Positions 10,590 through 21,695 of a stretch of 64,000 bases of DNA are shown one piece after another (position 1 is the stretch's first letter; the number at the start of each line of letters is the position of its first letter). The position numbers and the translations under genes are program-made. A model generated the notes under the pieces. It did no database searches, was not told the DNA's origin, and was given only the letters and a program-made list of their open reading frames with translations. The stretch comes from Eledone cirrhosa (taxonomy: Eukaryota): the NCBI GenBank assembly GCA_964016885.1, contig OZ024742.1, positions 98,704,001 through 98,768,000 on the forward strand, given 5' to 3'.

Positions 10590-13337
10590 TTATACTTCTC
10601 TTAGGCCAGTGTTGTTTGATTGGGTGTTGTTGTTATTCCATTCATTCTTTCTGTTTAGCTTTGGTCTTCTAATTTCTATTTCACTGGCCTCTTTGATTTG
10701 CCTATCTGTTGGGTCATTTCTATGTTTAGATACTATTCTAATTTCTATGTTGTCTATGTTACCGTCATGTTGTTGTCTAGCATGTTCGTATAGTACTGAC
10801 CCGTTTTGTCGTCCTTTTAGTTCCTCTCAGTGTTGGTCTATCCTTTCACCTATGCTACGAGCTGTCTCACCTATGTATGTTGTTGTCATGTTTCTGCAAG
10901 TACCCTCTGTACATCTTATGCTATTGCTATAGACTATGTTTCTAGTTTTAAAGTTTATCCGGGGGTTCACCTTACATATGATAGATTTCCTATTGGTACA
11001 GTGGGTTTTCTTAAAAGGGTAGGTTTTGCTGATCTTTGACTTTATGGTGGTTCCTGGCTTTTCTACCACCTTTATTTTTAAGTGGGTCTTTCTCAGGGCC
11101 TTTCTACACTGGTTAGCTAATTTGCCTCCAGGGGTGGCGTCCACAAACATGACACTCTGGTATCTCTGGTTGTCGTACCATGAGGTGGCTTTACCTATCT
11201 TATGTCTAGCCCTATCTAAGCTATTCCATGATTTGCTCCTGTATAATGGGCAAATTCCTTTCATGTCCAGTCCTATGAGGGTCTTATACTTTTCTATGGT
11301 TCCTTCGTATACTCTGACTCTGTCTCTTTGGTTGTAGCCAGAGAACTGCATGCGGTTGATCAAGTGTTGGATGTGTCTTTCCATTTCTGTTGGGTGGCAC
11401 ATGCGGGACACGTTCTTCATCACTCTGCGATCAGAATATTAAACTTAGCACTACTGGTCATTCCTGAGTTTTTGAGTATCAGGTATTTGGAGGCCATGGG
11501 TTTAGCATAGTGTGAGTGGAGAATCTGGGCTCTCTCGTCTATAGTGTTAATCCAGAGTTATGTGTCTAATACAGGTAGTCTATTGTTAGCGTGTTTGGAA
11601 GGGAAGTCGATAGTTACAGTTATACTCTGGTGTATGGAATTAGCTATCTGCTGGATGCTTTCCATCGTGCTACGTTCTAAATCAAACTTGTTAGTGCTCT
11701 CTAGTGGGGGTGTTCTTATAACTATATTGATATCGTCTACATAACGAGTGTACATGATGAGGTCTATGGAGCTTTCATTAAGGAGATCTTTAAGTCTCCT
11801 TTCCCACATACCATGAAAAGGTTGGCAGCATCACCAGCTATGCTGACGCCGATGGCTGCTCCCTCATTTTGGGTGTAGATTTTCTCGTTGAACTTAAATA
11901 TGTTGCTCTTTAGGGTAGTTTTGATACTAGCCCCTATTGCATGTGCGACCATTTTTCTTACCTGATCATTGTTTTGGGGGGTCCGTATAGCTTTGGTCCA
12001 CCCAATCCACCTTCCCATGGGAGTCTTTTTTGCCATTGAGGTTATGGTGGGGGGTCTACCTCTTATAGGTCTACTAGGGCAGAAACATCTAAGGTCATGG
12101 CTCTAGGTAGTCAGTGTCGTAGGTAAGTCTAAGTAGGAGGCCCAGTTCGTCTGTGTCGACGTCGCAGAACTCCACCTCACTCTCAATGATCATCTCCACA
12201 CATCTTTTCACAGCAAAATCAATGTTAATGGATGGGTACAGTGACACCACATCCATGCTGCCTATTATGCAGTTTGATAGGCTCCTGTTTTTGTTGCACT
12301 CACTGATTCTGCTGAGGAGGTCCTCTGTACTGTCACATACATCTGGGGACATCTTGATTATGGGGCGTATATCCATTGAGAGGAAGTAGGAGATCCTGTA
12401 GTTGCTAGCTATATTAGTTCCGCATACGGGTCTTGTTGGTGGTCCTGTTGTCGGGTCGTCGATTGTCTTGTGGTCTTTGCGGAGCCCATACAAGTGTGGT
12501 ATGCCATTGTTAGACGCCTGGAAGTTGTTGGCAGTGCGTCTGCTTGGCTTTAGGATGTCAGTCCACATCATCATGTGAGCGTTGAGGATTTTTTCTCTCC
12601 CATCGTGTGTTTGTTGTGCAATTTCGCTCGTGTTGATGATGTGGGGTTGCATAGCCTCGATGTAGTTCGGCATGCTATCTATTGACATCCTACCAGACTT
12701 ATCCGTGGGTAGACACACTACCTCACCATCCCTTGTGCGCTGCTTGAGGCTAACCAAGCCTTCTACAGGTTTCCTCCCAAGTTGTTGGGCCTCTGGTCTG
12801 CTCTGTCTCTTAGTATACCTGTCTACTATTTGTCTAATCTTATTACTAGCTATGGTGAACTGGGCCTCTGTCTCGTCATCTATTTGTTGTGGTATTCAAA
12901 CTCTTTTATTAAGGGGTAACCTCGTAGGATAGATATTCCCCATCTTATATGTTTTGTCAGCTGGGTTGAAAAATAGTTTCTCTAAGGGGTTGTCATTATA
13001 TCTATCGTCATAGTTGTGTGTGTTGCTATTATTGTTACAGGGTGGTTGTTGTTGTTTCTATCATTAGCATTATTATTATTGTTATGATTGCTAGATGTAT
13101 TGTTGTTTACTTCACCGTTATTGTTGTTGTTGTTACTGTTATTTCTACCATTGTGGTTGTTACTTTTATTATGTTTCTTGTTTTTGTTGTGTCTATCATT
13201 GATGTTGCTACATGTATTATTTCCATTATTACTACTGTGGTTATTGTTGTTGTTGTTCGTATTGTTACCGTTATTACTACTGTGGTCGCTGTTGCTGTGT
13301 CTGTGGTTAATGTTTCTATTATTATTATTATTATTGT
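10590..13337 (-). pseudogene. Disrupted PLE ORF: Asn-rich N-terminal part, reverse transcriptase, GIY-YIG endonuclease with CCHH
   Basis: PTDKSGR, LYGLRKDHK..PTRPVC, SMDVVSLYPSI (motif A), YTQNEGAAIG (B'), YTRYVDDI (C), LPVLD (E), HYAKP, NIVYS..CTEGTC..YIGETARSIGERIDQH..HARQQH..EASEI..LNRKNEW; several frameshifts and stops. Confidence 0.9.
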
Positions 13338-13750
13338 GGTAACATAGACAACATAGAAATTAGAATAATATCTAAACATAGAAATGACGCAGCAGATAGG
13401 CAAATCAGAGAGGCCAGTGAAATAGAAATTAGAAGACCAAAGCTAAACAGAAAGAATGAATGGAATAACAACAACACCCAAACAAACAACACTGACCTAA
13501 GAGAAGTATAAATAAGTAAATAAAATAAGATAAATAAATAAATAAATACATACACAAGCACAATAACAACAAGCACATAAACACACACTAGTTACCCATC
13601 ACACAGCAAACATAACACTATACACACACGCAAACGCATGCGGAAAGAAGACGAAATAAAATAAACAAACAAGCAAATAAATAAATAAATATATAGACAG
13701 ACTGAATAAAAATGGCGTAGACATACAACACAACAGGAGGAAAATATAAC

Positions 13751-13792
13751 ACCACTGACGATGTTGCAGATGTGCAACGAAAGATTTATGAT
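13751..13792 (+). ncRNA. Hammerhead-like motif in right pLTR
   Basis: ACCA CTGACGA T GTTGCA-GATG-TGCAAC GAA AGATTT A TGAT: intact core boxes and perfect 6-bp stem II; weak stem I (one mismatch) and quasi-palindromic stem III. Confidence 0.55.
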
Positions 13793-14048
13793 AAACTATA
13801 TATATGTGTTTGTGTCTATATTGTATCTGTATTATTTTTGACCGTCCGTCAGTCAATGGCAACATTGAGCATCGAGTAAGTTAGATTACCGATATAAAAG
13901 ACAGCGAGAAGCGAAAACCAACCAAACAGTGAGTGTGTTCTGTTATTAATTCTGGCAATATTACACAAATATGACCCTCCCCAAGTATAACAATATTTGT
14001 TTCGACACACGATTTCATATAAAAAACCTCGCAAAACTAATTCATCGC

Positions 14049-14141
<93 letters not shown>

Positions 14142-14180
14142 AATATGGTTTTATAAATATAGTTTTCATTTGTTAATATC

Positions 14181-14269
<89 letters not shown>

Positions 14270-14971
14270 TGTATATATATATATATATAGATAATAAACA
14301 TTAAATTGATATCTGCGTCGACATCCTACTTTGCGCGCTATCATTGCCTTATGTAATACGTTATCTATTTCAAGTTATATTCGTAATCAATATAGTATAC
14401 TCATCTAGATTACTTTGGTTATATGAAAATATATCATCAGTGTAGAAACCATCAATCACCGCAAAATGTAAACGTTTCACATATACTTAGCGCTCTTTAG
14501 CATACGAAGAAATTTTAAAGTCTTATATCATATTTCAAAAAATTAGAAATCTATACATTTATCAAATGTTATTCTTATTTATAAGACATTTATCACGTTT
14601 CAGCTTTTGTACAAAAGAAAATAAGCATAATGACAAAACATTTCATTAATTTATCTAACGATTATCTTTAAAGATTAGTTTGAGTTTTATAATGTGTCTT
14701 ACATAATTAAATTTATTGAAATATATTTACATTTTGATTTTTTGAAAAGCTTCAATACTTTCCGACTTATTTAGAAACGGAATTAAATTATACAAATATG
14801 GAAGCATTCAGAATCGTTTAGAACTCTTATTAACTAAATTTATATACAGCTTTTCTCAAATGACTAAGAATCTCATATTTTTGAAAAAGTTGAAAATATT
14901 CATTGTGGCTTCTAACATTAAATATTTAGTTTGTTTATGTCCCAGGCCGTGTGCTTTCTATCGTGTATAAT

Positions 14972-15500
14972 CTTCTTCTTCTTCTTCTTCTTCTTCTTCT
15001 TCTTCTTCTTCTTCTTCTTCTTCTTCTTCTTCTTCTTCTTCTTCTTCTTGCGAGGGTCGTGGAGTTAGGCTCCTCAAACACTCCTTCCAGAAGTTACTGT
15101 AAGAAGCAACCATCTCCAGTTTATCCAACTGACACTTTCATGGATGTTATCAAACCATCTTGCTGGGGGTCTACACATGGGTCTCCTCTCGGTTGGTTTC
15201 GCCCGTAAAAATCTGTCTAACGATTCTTTCCTGGAACATTCTAACCACATGCCAATTGTATCGGAACTGGGATCTTTCAATTCGAAGAAGTAGCAGCTCT
15301 ACTTGGAGTGACGCTCTGATCTCCGAGCTACGCATTCTATCAAGTAAGGTAACTCCAAAGACCCTTCGGAAGAATCCCATTTCAGTCGCTTGTATTCGCG
15401 ATTGTATTCTTTCGGTTATTACCCAAGATTCATGACCACATGTAAAAGTTGGCACGAAAAACGAATTGAGGGTAGCAAGTGTGGCTTTTACACATACATC
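14972..15500 (-). mobile_element. RTE-clade LINE 3' end with (GAA)n tail
   Basis: FVPTFTCGHESWVITERIQSRIQATEMGFFRRVFG..IERSQFRYNWHVVRM..RPPARWFDNI; (CTT)n at 14972-15048 is the tail on the minus strand. Confidence 0.85.
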
Positions 15501-15754
15501 ACTTCTTCTGATTACCGAATGCATAAGATCTTCATTGATAACCAGCCTACAAGTTTCTGTGACGGAAACCGAGTATTGTCTTCTGCGCAGCGGTCGTTTC
15601 GGGATCTGTTCAACCGACCTTTGGACCATGTCAATAACTTCCTCTGTACTATTTCTGAGTCATCCCGAATTGGTATGGCGGTCTTCAGTCATCGTATTGC
15701 AGTTCTCAACTGTCCCGTAGGTCACAAACTGATGTTCAGCCTCAGCATGTTTAC

Positions 15755-16120
15755 ATTTCAGGTGGATGCTGTATATGTCACTGTTGATTTGGAAATTTTA
15801 GGTACTGATTAGAATTGTTCGGGCTTTCACCTGTTTGGCTTGGATGTCATATAATCTCCAGTCAAGTAGTCGAAATGCTGGTGTCATCACAGGCACAGCA
15901 AACACATTGTGGCCTACTGATCTAGTGAGTACTGAGAGTTTAACAGACCGCATATTTCTTATTCAGATGTTGTATTCCCTGGCTCCTCTTTCCTTGTATA
16001 TTTTCAGCTATCTGTAAGTATCTGTAGCAGTCCTCGTAAAATGCTGGTGAAACGGTCAGGCCATTGATAGTGATGTTACTAGAATGGCTTGTCGTTTTTC
16101 CTCACTTTAAAATCATATCT
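15755..16120 (-). mobile_element. R4/Dong-like LINE fragment
   Basis: Nucleotide similarity to 6600-6970 (ACAGGCACAGCAAACACATTGTG; TATGTCACTGTTGAT.TGGAA). Confidence 0.7.
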
Positions 16121-16369
16121 TTGCATGTGTTCATGTGTGTATGTATGTACATATGTATGTATGCATTTATGCATATATGCATGTTCTTCTGATTATGTGT
16201 TTAAAATTCCTCACCAATAAACAGCCCCTCCAAATCTGTGACAAGGTTCTATGTTGGAATTACGATGCTATCATCTACTCGTTTAATTCTAAGTGTCTGT
16301 GCGCACCTTTATTTTTCCTGACACGTCATAGGACGTCTGAAGGGACATAGTTTATTTGTTAAGTTATTC

Positions 16370-16650
16370 TTTGTACGATCGTACGGTTGTGAGTTCAATT
16401 ATTGCTGGCACGTTAACAATTTAATTTACGACAATTTAATTTAGCTTGGAGCAGTTCATTCAGTGATATATCTGGATTAAATGTACCAGACTTGCCTTAA
16501 TCCTCATCCCCTTTGTCACACTGATTCTGCCTGAAAACTAATGTCAGTGTACACATATCTTTGGAGCTCTCGGACACATGCCCGTGAATGTCACGAGAAA
16601 AATGTTACGTCGATCAAGCAAATAGAGTATCGCCAGAAATCACTGGTGTC
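16370..16650 (+). mobile_element. Diverged SINE, family 2
   Basis: Head ACGATCGTACGGTTGTGAGTTCAA and body CTTTGTCACAC..GTACACATATCT.TGGAG shared with 42804-43075. Confidence 0.55.
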
Positions 16651-18238
16651 TAAAGTTGCATGTATTTGTGTGTTTTGACTTATGTATCATACAATGATTC
16701 CATCTATCTGTGTGTGTTTATGGACAATTGCATTAAAAATGTCTAGTATTTTGTATAACTTTTCACATTTTAAATCATGGCTAGTAAGTGCAATTTCTTA
16801 CTTAGCTTTGTACTTCTAGATTTCATGAAGCTCGGCTTCACAGAATAGATACTGACGCAGTTAGTTACATAACCACGTTCTTATATCATATATGTGTATA
16901 TACATATGTATGTGTGTGTGCGTGTTTTTCTGTACGTGTCTGTTGTGTGTGTTTAGATACTTGTAACATCCCAACTTGTCTTCACATTCCATCTGTTCAT
17001 TCGTTCTGGATCGTCAGAACATTCGATAATAGAATGTTTGAAGTATATATCACAATCCTTAGAAGTTGAAAAAGTAAACAGAAAAGAAATAATAAAAGGA
17101 AAATTTAAAAAATAAAACACACACATATAAACATTTAAAAAAGACAAAATTACAAAGCATGCCAAAATTTTAATACAGTCTGAAATAAATAACATACTAA
17201 ATATAAAAGAAATATGGAGTATCACGTAGTAAAAAACAAAAATCCATATTACATGCACATATCCATAAATAAGAAGAAAAAAATTAAGTGAAAAGGAACG
17301 TCGTTATTTTGTTAAGATAATTGGTACTTTACGCCATTGAGAAGATACAAGAGAAAAGACACACACTTATACTCACATACATATGAATGCACACACGTAC
17401 ATATATACACACACAATAAAGAATATAAAAGAATGAAAATATAAAACTAACTAAATAAATGAAAGAATGAATGAATGATAATGAATAACTCTATTACTAC
17501 TCGTGAATGCCGCCGTCAGATAATTCTTTAAACGCAAATAAAACCAATAAATAAATAAATGCATAAATGAAAATATTAAAAAATAACAATAACAAGGAGA
17601 GACCAGAGACGTTCTGCGAAACTAATTCAAAGATACTGTGAGGAAACGAACTTAAAGAATGTGAAGTGAGAAAAAAAAGAGAAAGGGAGCTAGAGATAGA
17701 CAGATTGATAGATGGAGAGAGAGAGTGAGAGGGGTGGAGGTATATAAGAGAGAAAATGAGAGCGAGAGGGAATGAGAGACAATGAGAAGGAGAGGGAAAA
17801 GAAGAACAGTGTGCGTACTTCCATAATTAGATGTTATCCACTAAATCATCAGCAATTAATCAAGAATGCATTTTATGAATGGAACCTGCCACAGCAATGG
17901 TTGGCAATGATGTATAGTAATTTGTGTTGCATATTGGTTTATGTTTGTAGTTAGTGGTGTTGTTGTTTTTGCAGTCCTTTGTTGTTGTTGTTGATAATGT
18001 TCTGTTAAAAATTAGTTGTTTTTGCTCCTCTTCCATTATTGGTGCAGCATTTTTCGTATTTTTGTCGTCGTACATTTGATTCTGGTTGTTGCTTTCTTTT
18101 TAATCCTTTGTAGTTGAGTACGCTTCTCTTACCACTGTGGTTATGTTCATTATCATTATTATTTTTATTATCGATATATATATATATGAGAAATCATTTC
18201 CAGTTCCATTATTATTATTATTATTATTATTATTGTTA

Positions 18239-18436
18239 GGTGGTGGATTGGTAGTGTTGGTAGAATGTCGGACGCCATGCTTTGACGCATAGAGTTACGG
18301 CCCTTGCCATTCTGTGTTCAAATCCCGCCGAGGTTAACTTTGCCTTTCATCCTTACGGGGTCAATAAAATAAAGTACCAGTAATGCACTGTGTAATTTGC
18401 TGGCCTTGCGCCAAAAGTAGAAACAATTATTATTAT
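18239..18436 (+). mobile_element. tRNA-derived SINE, family 1
   Basis: Full-length match to 4171-4353; flanked by (TTA)n. Confidence 0.9.
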
Positions 18437-20082
18437 TGTTATCATTTAGGAAATATAGTGGCGGAATTGGTAGAGCATTGAACAATGCGCCTTATGAATT
18501 TAATTTCACAGCTTGGCTCACACATTGTAGAGGAAATGAATATTGATATTCTAACGTTCAAAATCAAGTTGAAAAATGTAAACTTTGTTAGAAAAACCAA
18601 CAACACACACATACTCATACAAGCACACATATTAACAAAAAGACGTTTTTGCAATCGCAGTAGTCAAACACATTGTAATGGTTATAAGATTTGTTCTGGG
18701 CAACGCAGATGAAAGTGTCAGCAATATCTCGGCTAGGTCTAATAGTAAAATTTGAAACTGAACAGGTTTAACACAGAATAAAATAAGTGTATTTTGAGCG
18801 ACAGACGTATGGTGAAATTTGTTCAATTCCTTAAAATCCCAGCATGTTATGCCTCTGTATGACTATATATGTTCGTACTTGTGCTATTTGCTTTTAGAAA
18901 TGAGACAGCTATAGACCCTATTTCTTGGAAAAATAGCAAGGAGGGAATTTCATCATACTGAAATGGAACAACCTGTAGTTTTCATGTTAACCACGATCAT
19001 ACAAACCCATGGGCAAAGATGGTCAAGCCTTATAAATGTTATCAAGTTTATAACTCGGGCATTATTGAATGTGACCTCATTTTAAAAAATACCATACATA
19101 GTACATTTCCCTTATTTGAGGTTGGAAACAACTAATCCAATGAAATCTGAATTTGGATTATGGAACTATTTTGTTAAAATTTGCCTGATACCAAAAGATT
19201 TAGTTTGTCGTCTTTAGTATCGATTCTGTAATAATTATGAAAGATGGTGTAAGAATTGCGAACAAAAGGTCGCATGAATCATAATAGCATTATATTCTGC
19301 ATTTATGTCCTAATGGAATATACATTAAGGCTAGGAGAGGTTCACTGGTGGAACTGTTGAAGAGTCGGACAAATTTTGTTCAAATTTCGCCTCCTTCTGC
19401 ATGGACTTGCGCCGGACATGTAGTATCAGAAATATTTCCTTAGTTCAATTTGATAAACGGTTTCTTACTTTCATTCCCAGCAGGGATCCACTTAAATATC
19501 ATCCTTCCGAAGTCGATGACTCAAGCACAAGTCAAACAGCATGGATCGATTTAATGGACGGCAGTACCCAAACTCCCAACAAAATGCCTTCTTTTGTACT
19601 CGAGAGAGCAATCGTTGTTGTATTAAGATTCTATTTACTAAGGATGGTATTGTATGTGCCTCATTGTATCATGACTGTAGTTCGATTTTGTATCAATTGT
19701 TGTACCTTGAAGCTCAAGTTGCAATGCAGTTTCTATTGTATTAACAACACAATGATATTAATGGTGACAATGAACTGAATTGAATTGTTCAATGATATAG
19801 AGTAATATTTGATGAATAGAGCTATTGTGAAGGATTGAAATTTCAAAGATTTCATTGCATTGAGATTATCGTCTTAAAGTCTATGTCATCATGTGGTCCT
19901 AATTGCTACAGCAATAAGTACTAAATTAGTGAAAACAAAGTATGCGAGACTTTATGTTGCTAATAAAAACAATATAACATGATTTGGTGATATTTATTAA
20001 ACGAATTATGGCTGAACACAATGTGGAAATAGATTTATTTATCTTTGAGAGATCAAAACAAAATCAGTTAATAAATGTATGA

Positions 20083-20143
<61 letters not shown>

Positions 20144-20152
20144 GGTGGTGAT

Positions 20153-20190
<38 letters not shown>
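20083..20190. repeat. Compound microsatellite (GTA)n(GTG)n(GCA)n
   Basis: Directly visible. Confidence 0.95.
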
Positions 20191-20191
<1 letters not shown>

Positions 20192-20549
20192 GGTGATAGT
20201 GGTGGTTATGGTGGGCGTAATGTTTGGAGAAATGCCGTTTTTGCCACGGAGTTTGTCGTGAGAGCGCAAGTGGTATTGGTGATGACGAAATCGATCATGA
20301 TGATTATGTTCATTAACATGATAATCGATGTGGTTATGATGGTACGGGTGATGATGATGATGATGACGATGACCATGAGGAGGAGGAGGGTGAAGTATTG
20401 ATGGTGGTGTATAAAATAATGTTGTTGAGGACGGGGCTGGTGATGCTGGTGTTGAGGATAATGACGGTGATGGTGTTGATAGAGGTCAAAATAATTTTAT
20501 TAGCGATGATATTGAAGACAACATCAATGAGGAAGACAAAAATACTAGT

Positions 20550-21664
20550 GGTTGTAGTGGTGATAGTAGACATTTAGTTGTGGTGGTGGTGGTGGTGGTG
20601 GTGGTGGTGGTAGTAGACATTTAGTTGTGGTGGTGGTGGTGGTGGTGGTGGTGGTGGTGGTGGTGGTGGTGATAGTAGACATTTAGTTGTGGTGGTGGTG
20701 GTGGTGGTGGTGGTGGAGTTGGTGGTAGTAGACATTTAGTTGTGGTGGTGGTGGTGGTGGTGGTGATAGTAGACATTTAGTTGTGGTGGAGGTGGTGGTG
20801 GTGGTGGTGGTGGTGATAGTAGACATTTAGTTGTGGTGGTGGTGGTGGCGGTGGTGGTGGTGGTGGTGGTGGTGGTAGTCGACATTTAGTTGTGGTGGTG
20901 GTGGTGGTGGTGATAGTAGACATTTAGTTGTGGTGGAGGTGGTGGTGGTGGTGGTGGTGGTGATAGTAGACATTTAGTTGTGGTGGAGGTGGTGGTGGTG
21001 GTGGTGGTGGTGGTGATAGTAGACATTTAGTTGTGGTGGTGGTGGTGGTAGTTGTAGTGGTGATATTAGACATTTAGTTGTGGTGGTGGTGGTGGCGGTG
21101 GTGGTGATAGTAGACATTTAGTTGTGGTGGTGGTGGTGGTGGTGGTGGTGGTGGTGGTGGTGGTGGTGGTGGTGGTGGTGGTGGTGGTGATAGTAGACAT
21201 TTAGTTGTGGTGGTGGTGGTGGTGGTGGTGGCGGTGGTGGTGATAGTAGACATTTAGTTGTGGTGGTGGTGGTGGTGGTGGCGGTGGTGGTGATAGTAGA
21301 CATTTAGTTGTGGTGGAGGTGGTGGTGGTGGTGGTGGTGGTGATAGTAGACATTTAGTTGTGGTGGTGGTGGTGGTGGTGGTGGTGGTGGCAGTGGTAAT
21401 AGTAGACATTTAGTTGTGGTGGTGGTGGTGGTGGCGGTGTTGATAGCAGACATTTAGTTGTGGTGCAGGTGGTGGTGGTGGTGGCAGTGTTAGTGGTGAT
21501 AGTAGACATTTAGTTGTGGTGGTGGTGGTGGTAGTGGTGGTGGTGGTGGTGGTGGTGGTGATAGTAGACATTTAGATGTGGTGGTGGTGGTGGTGGTGGT
21601 GGTGGCAGTGGTGATAGTAGACATTTAGTTGTGGTGGTGGTGGTGGTGGTGGTGGTGGTGGCAG

Positions 21665-21695
<31 letters not shown>

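Larger units (their letters stand above)
10105..13996 (-). mobile_element. Near full-length Penelope-like element (RT + C-terminal GIY-YIG) with inverted pseudo-LTRs, inserted in (TA)n
   Basis: Arms 10105-10763 and 13338-13996 are ~659-bp inverted copies with only scattered differences; both outer flanks lead to long (TA)n; the internal minus-strand frame carries RT and EN motifs. Confidence 0.92.

Noticed and set aside
10827-12900. In-frame TGA codons in the PLE ORF as possible selenocysteine (as in some Naiads)
   Set aside because: A TAA stop and several frameshifts also occur and the TGAs are not at Cys-like positions; ordinary decay is simpler.
16975-17025. Minus-strand CTGACGA with a possible stem II
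   Set aside because: No correctly placed GAAA or stem III.
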